Source: Candidatus Heimdallarchaeota archaeon (GTDB lineage Archaea > Asgardarchaeota > Heimdallarchaeia > Heimdallarchaeales > Heimdallarchaeaceae). Taken from it: DNA of 50,463 nucleotides. This document shows, piece after piece, positions 8,368 through 18,329 of this stretch. The stretch's first letter is position 1, and each line of letters starts with the position of its first letter. Location of the stretch: assembly GCA_016840095.1 (NCBI GenBank), contig JAEOSZ010000131.1:1-50463 (forward strand), given 5' to 3'. The notes under the pieces are model-generated. The model did no database searches, was not told where the DNA came from, and was given only the letters and a program-made list of their open reading frames with translations. Position numbers and translations under genes: made by a program.

Positions 8368-9450
8368 CTATTTTATGTTGCTTTCATAGCCCATTTTATC
8401 TATAATCTCATACCAATGTGAATAGATTTTCTGTTTCTCTTCTTTTGAAATGTTATACCTGCTTCTATTATAATCTCCTTCTGCATCTAGAAAGGCTTGT
8501 ATCTCTGGTAAGGACTCTTCATATCCTTTCAAATCAAGTTCATCATAGATTAATTTCACATAAGCAAGTGGATCCTTGATAAAATCTTCGTACTTGATTT
8601 CTACAAAATTCTTTTTTGGTATAAGAGGAACATCAGAGTAATACTTCTCATAGATATCCCTATATGCAGTAAATATAAGCTTTTCAAGATCAGGATAACC
8701 TCTTTGAAGTCTATAGATGGGAATAGTTCTTTCATGTAATTTTTTTGTAGAGTAATAAACTTCATAGGGATCTCGAATTATATGAACAAATTTAGCGTTA
8801 GGATATAATTCCAAAATTGTATCTACTGTAGCTGTGTCAATTGGATCCTTTAAAATTAGTAATTTGTCTCCGTTTTTGTAGTATAATTTCCTAATTACAT
8901 AATCAGTATAGTACCTAAGTTTGTTTCTCTCCTTTTCAGTTAAACCCTTTCCTGATGCATATCGATTATAAAACTCTTGATTAAGTGGGAAGTAAGTTCC
9001 AGAATAGATTGACATTGAACAGATATTTGCAATTGCAAAACCATGCTCATGTGGTGCATCTACTCCAATCTTCACATCATCTTGAGGTCTTGTCTCTGGA
9101 AGGAACCAGCCAAATATTCTTTTCATAAATCTCTCAAAATATAGGAAGTGGTTAGGGAAGATAGATTCATACATAGTCATATATCCATGATTAGGATTTC
9201 TAATAAGTAGTTCATGAAGAAATGTAGTTCCTTGACGCCAATGACCAATTATAAAAAGTGGATCAATTTTCATGTTTATTTCCTTTAATTTGCGATTGAA
9301 AACTATTTTTTCAATAATGCCAAATGGAGTAAAAAATACTACTACAAGTGTTACAAAGAATATTTGTGGGATTCTCAGCAAGGACAATCTAAATTTGTTT
9401 TCAATCAATAATTTCATCCATGTCCTAAGATTAGCCCCAACTGCAAACAT
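8368..9450 (-). CDS. Sulfotransferase, paralog 1
   Basis: FIIGHWRQGTT; HIIRDPYEVYYS; GAGG SD. Confidence 0.9.
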   Translation of the reverse strand: MFAVGANLRTWMKLLIENKFRLSLLRIPQIFFVTLVVVFFTPFGIIEKIVFNRKLKEINMKIDPLFIIGHWRQGTTFLHELLIRNPNHGYMTMYESIFPNHFLYFERFMKRIFGWFLPETRPQDDVKIGVDAPHEHGFAIANICSMSIYSGTYFPLNQEFYNRYASGKGLTEKERNKLRYYTDYVIRKLYYKNGDKLLILKDPIDTATVDTILELYPNAKFVHIIRDPYEVYYSTKKLHERTIPIYRLQRGYPDLEKLIFTAYRDIYEKYYSDVPLIPKKNFVEIKYEDFIKDPLAYVKLIYDELDLKGYEESLPEIQAFLDAEGDYNRSRYNISKEEKQKIYSHWYEIIDKMGYESNIK

Positions 9451-9660
9451 TATGTTATCCTCTCTTAATTCCTCAAGATTGATTTATCTACTTTACTGTG
9501 AAAGCTTTGTTTTGTGATTTCAAAAGAAACTCCTTTTGCTTACATATTAAAAATCGTGTGAAACCATTAAGATTCTATTTAACTTTTGAATTAAACTTTG
9601 TTTAACTATGCGATTGCTTAACTAAATTGTAGTGCAAAGTATCTGATGATTTCTAACTTC

Positions 9661-10161
9661 TTATCTCCAGATCATTCTCTCAAATCCTTCATCCCTTAGC
9701 GTTTTAGAAAGTTCTCCAAGATGAACAGAATTATGTCTTAATAGGTAAATAAGTTTCTCAAGTATTGATTTGAACCATTGAAAACTATCAGTATTCGTTA
9801 ATTCCTCTTCAGAGATATTTTCAAGTAATTCTGTTGTTTTTTCCTTTATTTCATTCATGTAATCTGATAGGAATTTCTTTGACATATCTATTTTAGCTTT
9901 TGCGATTTTCTCTTTACTGTCCTTTTCCCAGTCAATTCCAGCACGTGCTCCCCAATTCATTTCATCTGGAGAATTAGCTATATAGAATTTTGTTGTTTCA
10001 ATTATGTGAAATATGATATATGAGAATGTCCACTCTCCTTCATCTTTTCCCCACTCTTCATCTGGATAGTTTTCTATAGCTTGCTTGAGCATATCCCAAT
10101 GTCGGTTAAACTGAGATAAAAGTGCTTTACTAATTGAATTTTCGTTAATTTTATTAGTCAT
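9661..10161 (-). CDS. DinB family protein
   Basis: IIFHI and LRHNSVHLGEL. Confidence 0.8.
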   Translation of the reverse strand: MTNKINENSISKALLSQFNRHWDMLKQAIENYPDEEWGKDEGEWTFSYIIFHIIETTKFYIANSPDEMNWGARAGIDWEKDSKEKIAKAKIDMSKKFLSDYMNEIKEKTTELLENISEEELTNTDSFQWFKSILEKLIYLLRHNSVHLGELSKTLRDEGFERMIWR

Positions 10162-10193
10162 GAATTAACAACTCCTCTATTATTCTTGATCTT

Positions 10194-10667
10194 CTACTTC
10201 AACTCAACTGTTTTTTTGGCTTTTGTTGGATCTTGCATGTCCCAAAGTTTTACACCAAGTCCATATGTATTAACTTTATTTGCTGGAGTAATTTTCAACC
10301 AAATACTCTCAGCTTTCAGCTCATCTGGAAGCTCATGTTTCAAGTATTTTTTCCAAACTTTTCTTGCATAATTATCTTCAAAAGGAAGTATTTCAGCAGT
10401 ACCTTTGAAATGTATTTCTGCTGGCGGTGCTGGAAGAATCATATGAAAGAAATTCTTGTAAATTGGAATGGTTACAGACACCTTATTGTTTTTCATAATA
10501 TTTTTGGCTTTAACTGTTATTTTCCCAGTTTGAACATATAGATCTTTACCATCACTTTGATAAATAACTAAACTACTCTGAGGTTGTTGTTTCTCATTAA
10601 CTGTTGCTAGAACAAGCCACATATTCTTACGAAAATTCTTGCGGACAATTGAAGCTAAATCTTTCAT
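10194..10667 (-). CDS. PNPOx-like split-barrel protein
   Basis: VLATVNEKQQPQSS, KAKNIMKNNKVSV; paralog of 4632-5153. Confidence 0.8.
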   Translation of the reverse strand: MKDLASIVRKNFRKNMWLVLATVNEKQQPQSSLVIYQSDGKDLYVQTGKITVKAKNIMKNNKVSVTIPIYKNFFHMILPAPPAEIHFKGTAEILPFEDNYARKVWKKYLKHELPDELKAESIWLKITPANKVNTYGLGVKLWDMQDPTKAKKTVELK

Positions 10668-10776
10668 ATACCTAGAATGAAACCACGCTTATTAAACTTT
10701 ATTACTACTCTCGGAGATAGTAGTTATGAGAAATGTTTATTAGATTAAACAAATAAACAGAAAACTAGGTGATTTT

Positions 10777-11532
10777 TTGGCTGTTGAAAGCGAGTATGCA
10801 ATAGAGACTCAAAATCTAGTTAAGATATATAAAACTGGAAAAGTTAAAGCAGTAGATGGTTTAAATCTTAAAATCAAAAAAGGTGAAATTTACGCTTTAA
10901 TAGGTGCGAATGGAAGTGGAAAAACTACTTCTTTGAACATGATAACTGGAGCACTATTTCCTACAGAAGGAGAAATTAAAGTTCTTGGATATGATATACC
11001 AAGCAATAGACGTATGATTTCCAATTATGTAGGTGTTGCTCCGCAAGACTATTCAATATTCTTTGATCTTAGTTTAGAAGAAAATGTTCGTTTCTTTTCT
11101 AGACTCTATGGAATGAAAAAAGCAGAGTTTGAACCTAGATTTCTGGAACTTCTGAAAATACTAAGATTAGAAGAGAAGAGAAAAGCTTTAGCAAAAAATC
11201 TCTCAGGTGGAATGAAGAGAAGAACAAGTATAGCTTGTGCACTTATTCACTCTCCAAAAATTGTCTTCTTTGATGAAGCTACAGTTGGAGTTGATCCTGT
11301 TCTTAGAACCTTTTTCTGGGAATACTTCCATGATTTGAAGAAGACTGGGGTAACTTTAGTAATTACATCACATGTAATGGATGAAGCAGAGAGAGCTGAT
11401 AGAATAGGACTGATGAGAGCTGGAAAATTAATTGCTGAAGGTACTCCTGAAGAATTAAAACAGAAACATAAAGCTTCAACGATTGAAGAGATTTTCATTA
11501 AACTAAGTGAAGGAGAGATTATAGATGAATAA
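10777..11532 (+). CDS. ABC-2 type exporter ATP-binding protein
   Basis: Walker A GANGSGKT, signature LSGGM, Walker B VFFDE, H-loop TSH. Confidence 0.95.
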   Translation: MAVESEYAIETQNLVKIYKTGKVKAVDGLNLKIKKGEIYALIGANGSGKTTSLNMITGALFPTEGEIKVLGYDIPSNRRMISNYVGVAPQDYSIFFDLSLEENVRFFSRLYGMKKAEFEPRFLELLKILRLEEKRKALAKNLSGGMKRRTSIACALIHSPKIVFFDEATVGVDPVLRTFFWEYFHDLKKTGVTLVITSHVMDEAERADRIGLMRAGKLIAEGTPEELKQKHKASTIEEIFIKLSEGEIIDE

Positions 11533-12688
11533 GGAAACCGAAGACTTCAAACCAAAGAATTTAAGATTCTCTTTCCGAAGAACAATGGCTATTGCCTTAA
11601 GAACAATGAACCAATTTCGAAGAGATAAAAGAACAATAGCTCTGTTATCTATAGTACCTATAATGGTGATGTTAATTTTCGGTTTAGCTTTCAGTGGAGA
11701 AATAAGAAATGTTCCAATACTGATTGAGAATAGTGATACAGCAGTTACGGTTCCTCTACCATTACATCTTGGAAACAATATCACTGAAGCTTTGAATGCT
11801 GATATTAGAACAGATTTAACAAATGGTACTTATTCTGAGGGAATAGAAGAAGTTGAGTTAGGTCGTTATTATGCAGCTATTTTGATACCTTCAAACTTTT
11901 CTCAGACTGTAGTTGAAATGTTACTAGGATTCAATGTAACTGCTAGAATATACATCTATGTTGATGCAACTGAACCAACAGTTCGAGCAAGTATAATGAG
12001 TGCAGTTTATGATGCACTGGATGAAGCAATGGGAGATAAAGGTGTCAAGATTGAACAGATTCTCGCACATGCAGGAGCAGAGTTCACTGGTCTTGATGTA
12101 GGTATTCCTTCTGTTATAGCTTTCGTGATGATCTTCTTGTTAGTAATAGTTGGTGTAATCACTGTAACACGTGAAAAAATCCAGGGAACACAAGATAGAC
12201 TATATACTACTCCTCTGAGATCTTCAGAACGATTACTGGGCTATGTTATAGGACTATTACTAATTGCTATACTGATGATATCTCTTACTTTGATATTTGG
12301 TGTGTTTGTTTTTGGAGCAAAAGTTCAAGGAAATGTTTTCCTATTGATTTTTGCTGCTTTCTTGTTTGGTATAGCACACATATTTCTAGCTGTCTTTCTA
12401 TCGAACTTTGCTCAGAACGAATTACAAGCTATTCAATTTGCTCCTTTAACAGCGATCCCAAGTATGGCTCTAGGAGGGATGATTATTCCCATAGTTAGTC
12501 TTCCTGCATGGCTACAACCTATTTCATATATTGTCCCATTAACTTATGGAATAAATCTCTTTGAAGGAATCATGTTGAAAGGGTGGGGTTTCAAGGAACT
12601 TTGGGTTGACTTCCTTGTTGTTGCAGGGATGTGTCTGCTTTTCTTCATTCTAGCAGTCATAACTGTTAGAAATAGAATGAGAGATTGA
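11525..12688 (+). CDS. ABC-2 type exporter permease
   Basis: RRDKRT, 1+5 TM layout, REK..GT..RL..TP, LPAWLQ..S..PLTY. Confidence 0.93.
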   Translation: MNKETEDFKPKNLRFSFRRTMAIALRTMNQFRRDKRTIALLSIVPIMVMLIFGLAFSGEIRNVPILIENSDTAVTVPLPLHLGNNITEALNADIRTDLTNGTYSEGIEEVELGRYYAAILIPSNFSQTVVEMLLGFNVTARIYIYVDATEPTVRASIMSAVYDALDEAMGDKGVKIEQILAHAGAEFTGLDVGIPSVIAFVMIFLLVIVGVITVTREKIQGTQDRLYTTPLRSSERLLGYVIGLLLIAILMISLTLIFGVFVFGAKVQGNVFLLIFAAFLFGIAHIFLAVFLSNFAQNELQAIQFAPLTAIPSMALGGMIIPIVSLPAWLQPISYIVPLTYGINLFEGIMLKGWGFKELWVDFLVVAGMCLLFFILAVITVRNRMRD

Positions 12689-12697
12689 GGTGACAAT

Positions 12698-13519
12698 TTG
12701 AATCCAAATTCCTCTACCTCTTTTTCAAAAGAAGAAACGATAAAAGCTCTTACCTTCCTAGGATTACCTTTGGGGGAAGCTAAAACCTATACTTCCTTAG
12801 TAGGAGAAGGATCTTCTCAAGCAACTAGACTAGCAGAAATTGCTGATGTACCTCAGCCGAAAGTATATGGATATTTAGAAAGTTTAGTGAAGAAGAATTA
12901 TGTTACAAGACAAATAAAGAAGGGAAAACCAGATACATTTACAGCTGTTCCATATGAGTCAGTTATTGATGCACTAGAGAGTGAAATATCATTTAGAATT
13001 AAGGAAACAAAGAAGTATTTCAAAGAAATAAGAGAAAAAGAAAAAGAAAGACAAGTTGAAGATCTTTTTTCATATTATGAAGGTACAAAAACTGTTTCAG
13101 CAGGTTTGAAGACTGTTATAGGTCAAGTTCAAGAAAACATAATCGTAGTTTTAGCTAATGAAATTCATGCATCTCAATTACAAAGTCTTTATGCTGAATT
13201 GCGAAAAGAGAAACCTTCTGTAGAGATACTCCAATTAACAGTATCTGATAAGATATTCCGTCTTCCGCCAATTAAGAAATTAGTGAACACTGAAGGGTTT
13301 AGTGGATTGTTAGCTAAAAAACCAACAATGTTTTACACAGATGTTGATTTTGAATCAAAATCCTGTTCGTCGATGAATCTATATCTTCCCCCAATAGATG
13401 ATTTTAGTTCTATGCTGATAAACATTAAACATCCCGTTGCTTTGCATCTTCAACTCCAATTGTTTGATGGATTATTTGAGATGTTAGAAAAACAAGGAAT
13501 GAGTATGAAAAAGTTATAA
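12698..13519 (+). CDS. TrmB-family transcriptional regulator
   Basis: LGL..GEAKTY..L, A..LA..A.VPQPKVY..L.SL. Confidence 0.85.
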   Translation: MNPNSSTSFSKEETIKALTFLGLPLGEAKTYTSLVGEGSSQATRLAEIADVPQPKVYGYLESLVKKNYVTRQIKKGKPDTFTAVPYESVIDALESEISFRIKETKKYFKEIREKEKERQVEDLFSYYEGTKTVSAGLKTVIGQVQENIIVVLANEIHASQLQSLYAELRKEKPSVEILQLTVSDKIFRLPPIKKLVNTEGFSGLLAKKPTMFYTDVDFESKSCSSMNLYLPPIDDFSSMLINIKHPVALHLQLQLFDGLFEMLEKQGMSMKKL

Positions 13520-13544
13520 ACCCCATCTACCTTCTTTTTTTAAC

Positions 13545-15377
13545 ATGTCTAAAGAGAAGAAGCAATTAACAGGTTCAGAGGTTATTGTGGAATATCTTGT
13601 CAAAGAAGGTGTTCCTTATGTTTTTGGTATCCCAGGTCATGGTTGTTTAGGATTAACTGATGCTCTAAGAAAATATAAAGATAAAATCAGAGTAATTCAA
13701 CCAAAACAAGAGATGTCAGGAGTTCATATGGCAGTTGGATATTATAGGGTAACTGGTCAACCTCTTGCAGTTTTTACAAGTATTGGTCCTGGTGCCATAA
13801 ACACAGCAATTGGATTAGCAGATGCATATGTAGATTCAATGCCTGTACTAGTGCTTACAGGTGATACTCATGTCCATATGAGAGGAGTAGGAGTACTTCA
13901 AGAAATCGAGAGAGATAAAGACAGTTCTATGCCTAGAGTTCTTGAACCACTAGTTAAAAGATCATTTGAGCTTGCTTCTTCTAATCAAATTCCTAAAGTG
14001 ATGCAAAGAGCTTTCAATAGTATGATGTCGGGAAGAAGAGGACCTGTACATATTGATCTTCCAATGGATGTTCAATGTGATTTTGTTGATGGATATATTC
14101 CAGAACCAGAGAAAAGAAGAACAATATCAAGACCTGGAGGAGATGTGGTACATCTTAATCTAGCTGCAGAGCTTTTCATGAGTGCAAAAAGACCTCTTAT
14201 TTGGATTGGTGGTGGAGTTGTTACTTCAGGAGCTTTTGAGGAAATTAAAGAACTAGCAGAATTTGCAGGAGCACCAGTACTTACTTCTATGATGGCAAAA
14301 GATGCATTTCCTAATGATCATCCTCTTTATGGATGGGCCACTGGATCAAAAGGGACTAAAATTGGTTTGAAATTAAGTAGCTCAGCTGATGTAGTACTTG
14401 CTGTAGGAACCCGTTTCGCGGACGAATCAACATGTTCATACAGAAAGGGAGTTGCTTGGAATTTTGGTCCAGGAGAAGATGAATCAATTCTTATTCATAT
14501 AGACATTGATCCAAATGAAATAGGGAAAAATTTCCCAACAGATGTTGGAATTATAGGAGATGCTAAAGCTGTTCTTTCTGATTTGCTAGCTTTACTCAAA
14601 GAAAATTATGAACCTATAAATTATCTAGAAACTGAGTATTTCCAAGAACTACATCAACTAAAAGAAGAATGGGCTGAATTTCTGAAGGATTGGAGAATAC
14701 CACAGCTTGAACCAGTAATGATCTCTGTAGTTTTGAAAGAAGTAAGAGAATTTCTAGATAGAGAAGCAATTGTTGTAACTAGCTCTGGAAATGTTCAAGC
14801 TCAAATGATACAAGAGTTTGAATTCTATGAACCTTACACTAGTATAACAGCTGGAGGATTTTCAACTATGGGTTATACTTTACCTGCAACCATAGGAGCT
14901 AAACTAGGAAAGCCTGAGAAACAAGTAATTGGGCTTGTTGGAGATGGAGATTTCATGATGACAATGCAAGAATTACACACAGCTAAACAGCTAAATCTGA
15001 ATGTAGTTATTGTAGTACTGAATAATGCAGGTTGGATAGCTATAACAGATTTGCAAAGAGCAGCTTATGGAAAGGACAAAGGTTTTGCAACAGAGTTTAC
15101 AGATCATGAAGGAAAATCCTATTCACCTCACTTTGCTGACATAGCTAAAGGTTTTGGTTGTTGGTCAACAAAAATTTCAAAAGCTAAGGAAATAAAACCA
15201 GCTCTTCAAATGGCTTTCAAACAGGAAGGTCCAGCTGTTGTAGAGATTATGGTTAATAGAGATCCTAAGTATACAGGATCTCCAGCATGGGGTTGGTGGG
15301 ATGTTCCAATTCCAGCATATATGACTAAGAAAAGAGAAAAATACTTAGAGCAGAAGAAGTCTGAAGATATAAGCTAG
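13545..15377 (+). CDS. Thiamine-diphosphate-dependent enzyme (acetolactate synthase-like superfamily)
   Basis: VFGIPG, QE, GPGAIN, RGPVHIDLP, TPP motif GDGD...NN. Confidence 0.9.
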   Translation: MSKEKKQLTGSEVIVEYLVKEGVPYVFGIPGHGCLGLTDALRKYKDKIRVIQPKQEMSGVHMAVGYYRVTGQPLAVFTSIGPGAINTAIGLADAYVDSMPVLVLTGDTHVHMRGVGVLQEIERDKDSSMPRVLEPLVKRSFELASSNQIPKVMQRAFNSMMSGRRGPVHIDLPMDVQCDFVDGYIPEPEKRRTISRPGGDVVHLNLAAELFMSAKRPLIWIGGGVVTSGAFEEIKELAEFAGAPVLTSMMAKDAFPNDHPLYGWATGSKGTKIGLKLSSSADVVLAVGTRFADESTCSYRKGVAWNFGPGEDESILIHIDIDPNEIGKNFPTDVGIIGDAKAVLSDLLALLKENYEPINYLETEYFQELHQLKEEWAEFLKDWRIPQLEPVMISVVLKEVREFLDREAIVVTSSGNVQAQMIQEFEFYEPYTSITAGGFSTMGYTLPATIGAKLGKPEKQVIGLVGDGDFMMTMQELHTAKQLNLNVVIVVLNNAGWIAITDLQRAAYGKDKGFATEFTDHEGKSYSPHFADIAKGFGCWSTKISKAKEIKPALQMAFKQEGPAVVEIMVNRDPKYTGSPAWGWWDVPIPAYMTKKREKYLEQKKSEDIS

Positions 15378-15441
15378 TTTTCTTTAATTTCTTTAGAAAA
15401 TCCAATAAAGTTTTTATTTCAGTTAATAATTCAAACAATCT

Positions 15442-16839
15442 ATGGAAGAAAAAAAACGATTTTCAAAATTAAAAGTTCCCCTAAAATTTAACCTAGCGTA
15501 TGCAACTGGAGAAATTACAGATGCTGTAGCATATCAAGGATTTTCATTTCTAATATTTACTTTCTATTATGCTGTAATGGGATTGAAAGTTGAACATGTT
15601 ATGCTTATCTATATACTTTGGTCTATCTATAACGCTTTCAATGACCCAATCTTAGGCGGCTTATCAGATAAAACTCGCACTAAGAAACTTGGAGGTGGAA
15701 GACGTAAACCATGGTTAATTGCTGCATGGGTTCCTCTATCTATGATTATGTTTTTCCTGTTCACTCCTTTTGTAGCACCTAATACAAATTCAGTTTGGGT
15801 AGCCATATACTTCTTCTTTATAATCTGCATCTTTGATACGATTTATACTGCTTTTTCATTAAACAGAACATCACTCTACCCTGAAATGTTCCGAACTGAT
15901 AGAGAAAGAGAGGAGGCAGGAACTGGTAGAAGAATCTTTATGGTTATTGGCTTAATTCTAGGTATGGGAGTTCCAACACTCTTTATACCCGTTCTAACAG
16001 AATCAACTCAACAGAATGTCTATAATTACTGGATTGCAGGTGCTGTCCTTGGAGCTATTGTTTTTGTGACTGCTTTCATCAATATTAAATGGGGAGTTAA
16101 AGAACCATCATTAGAAGAGTTAGAAGAAAAAGAAACATTCGGAGTGTTTCAATCAATTTGGTATACTCTTAAAAACTGGAAATTTGTTGTTTTCATATTC
16201 TGTTCTTTAATGAATTGGTATGTTTTTGCTATATTCCCAATGATTATGCCAATTTACTCTGAGTTTGCTTTAGGTGAAAGTAATTCAATGCTAGTTGTTT
16301 TATTATTACTAGTTGCTTTTCTTAGCTCAGCACCAGGTGTTGTATTCTGGTCCTGGGTAGACTCTAAAGTTGGTAGTAAGATGGGTTTTATTCTATCCCA
16401 AGCTTATTGGGTAGCTGTATTAATCCCACTATTCTTCATATCTAACTATTGGATAGCACTAGTAGTGTTAGCATTGAATGGAATTGGTCTTGCAGGTTCA
16501 CCTTATTTCATTGATAGGAACATCTCTAATATAGCTGATGAAGATGAATTGAAAACTGGACAAAGAAGAGAGGCTTCCTTTTATGGAGTACATGCTTTAG
16601 TTATTAGACTTTCAACAATCCTAGCTATTGGATCAGTTAGTTTAATTCTCTCAAGAAATGGGTGGACATTATTTGAACAAACAGTTCCTGGTGTTGATCT
16701 TGTAGAAGGATTAAGATCATTGTTATCCTTTTTCCCTGCAGGAGCTTTAGTAATTGGAATAATTTTGCTTCTTTTCTATCCTCTAAATAAGAAAAGAGTT
16801 GACAAACTTCAGTTATCATATAAGAAAGACATGAAATAA
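15442..16839 (+). CDS. GPH-family (MelB-like) MFS sugar:cation symporter
   Basis: NAFNDP..G.LSDKTR...GRRKPW; ADEDELKTGQRREA. Confidence 0.9.
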   Translation: MEEKKRFSKLKVPLKFNLAYATGEITDAVAYQGFSFLIFTFYYAVMGLKVEHVMLIYILWSIYNAFNDPILGGLSDKTRTKKLGGGRRKPWLIAAWVPLSMIMFFLFTPFVAPNTNSVWVAIYFFFIICIFDTIYTAFSLNRTSLYPEMFRTDREREEAGTGRRIFMVIGLILGMGVPTLFIPVLTESTQQNVYNYWIAGAVLGAIVFVTAFINIKWGVKEPSLEELEEKETFGVFQSIWYTLKNWKFVVFIFCSLMNWYVFAIFPMIMPIYSEFALGESNSMLVVLLLLVAFLSSAPGVVFWSWVDSKVGSKMGFILSQAYWVAVLIPLFFISNYWIALVVLALNGIGLAGSPYFIDRNISNIADEDELKTGQRREASFYGVHALVIRLSTILAIGSVSLILSRNGWTLFEQTVPGVDLVEGLRSLLSFFPAGALVIGIILLLFYPLNKKRVDKLQLSYKKDMK

Positions 16840-16848
16840 TAAGATAAA

Positions 16849-16890
16849 TTGATCTCAATAAATCAAATTGATTTGAGATCAACTTTTTTT
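16849..16890. terminator. Hairpin between convergent genes
   Basis: TTGATCTCAA (16849-58) and TTGAGATCAA (16873-82) followed by a T-run. Confidence 0.65.
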
Positions 16891-17874
16891 TTAATATTGT
16901 TTAGTTTTCAATCCTTGAATGTACTCTGCTGCACCTAAAGCTGCAATAGTTCCCAAACCTACAGATGTTGTAATTTGCCTCATAAGAGGATTAACAATTT
17001 TGGTTGTTACATCTCCTGCAGAAAAAACACCAGGTACATTTGTTTTACAATCATCATCGATTTTGATAAGTCCATTCTCAATTTCACAACCAAGTGATTC
17101 TGCTAATTCGATATTTGGTATTGAACCAATTTCTGCGAAAATTCCATCGATCTTTAGAACTGAGCCATCGTTAAAGGTTGCTTCTTCAACTGTATTTGTG
17201 CCTTTTATCTCTGTTATCTGTTTATTGTAAAGGATGGCGATGTTATTTCGTTTTTTCACTCTTTCGATGTATATTCTTTCACATTTTAGATAATCTGTTC
17301 TTGAAATCCAATAGATCATCTTAGCTCCAACATCAGCTAATGCTAGTGTTCCAGTAGCAGCTGCATCTCCAGAACCTACAACGATTACGGTTTTTTCCTT
17401 GAAGAAAGCTGCATCGCAAGTTGCACAATAAGAAACTCCCTTACCTACAAACTCTTTCTCTCCCGGTACTCCTAGTTCTCGATGTCTTCCACCTGTGGCT
17501 AGAATCAAAGTTTTTACTACATAATCTCCCATATCACTCTTGATAGAGAATTTTCCATCTTCCATCTTCTCTATAGCTGATACTTCTCCGTAGATTATTT
17601 TGGTACCAAATTTCTCAGCTTGTGTTCTCATTTTGTCTGCAAGATCAACTCCTGAAATCATCTCATAACCAGGATAATTTTCAATTTCCATTGCTAAACC
17701 CATTTGTCCTCCATAGTCTAAACCAATCTGAACAACAGATAATCCTGCTCTTGATGCATAGAGTGCAGCTGTTAATCCTGCAGGACCAAGACCAATAATT
17801 CCTAGATCTTTGTCAAAAGGATTTTCTACATCTTCTTCTTTATCTATATCTTCTGATGGACCTAATAGTAACAT
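16891..17874 (-). CDS. trxB: Thioredoxin reductase
   Basis: GLGPAG, IENYPG, GVSYCATCD, GSGDAA, SAGD. Start at ATG 17874 behind GGTGAGG SD; the track start at 17970 is probably over-extended. Confidence 0.92.
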   Translation of the reverse strand: MLLLGPSEDIDKEEDVENPFDKDLGIIGLGPAGLTAALYASRAGLSVVQIGLDYGGQMGLAMEIENYPGYEMISGVDLADKMRTQAEKFGTKIIYGEVSAIEKMEDGKFSIKSDMGDYVVKTLILATGGRHRELGVPGEKEFVGKGVSYCATCDAAFFKEKTVIVVGSGDAAATGTLALADVGAKMIYWISRTDYLKCERIYIERVKKRNNIAILYNKQITEIKGTNTVEEATFNDGSVLKIDGIFAEIGSIPNIELAESLGCEIENGLIKIDDDCKTNVPGVFSAGDVTTKIVNPLMRQITTSVGLGTIAALGAAEYIQGLKTKQY

Positions 17875-17959
17875 GTTCCTCACCTTCTTCATATAATTAG
17901 GAAATAAAAGTATTGTTCTGATGTCAAACGAAAACAGAAATGATAAATTTCTTTCAAAA

Positions 17960-18325
17960 CTAATTAACAATTTCAGTAATCATTTTACCTAATTTGATTA
18001 TGCTAAATGGTTTTTGTATGAACGAAGTAACTCCAAGTTTACTAGCTTCTTCCCTGACTGTGGGGTCTGCAGTGATAAAAAGTACCTTGGATTTTGCCAT
18101 AATCTTATACTGCTTCATCTCCTTCAATGTGTCTAATCCATTCTTGATAGGCATCCTGTGATCAAGAATAATCACATCGGGATATTTCTTTAATTTGTTA
18201 ATATCTTCGATAGCTTTGGAACCGTTATCAGCTGTTCCAATTATTTTGTGTCCTTCAAGAGATAGACCTTCCTTATAGAGGAATTGAATGGTTTCTTCGT
18301 CATCTATGATAAATATTGTAGCCAT
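17960..18325 (-). CDS. Single-domain response regulator (CheY-like)
   Basis: IIDDE, ILDHRMP, ITA, KPF. Confidence 0.93.
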   Translation of the reverse strand: MATIFIIDDEETIQFLYKEGLSLEGHKIIGTADNGSKAIEDINKLKKYPDVIILDHRMPIKNGLDTLKEMKQYKIMAKSKVLFITADPTVREEASKLGVTSFIQKPFSIIKLGKMITEIVN

Positions 18326-18329
18326 TTTT

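Noticed and set aside
17875-17970. N-terminal extension of TrxR in the ORF track
   Set aside because: A clear GGTGAGG SD precedes ATG 17874; the extension overlaps the response regulator end
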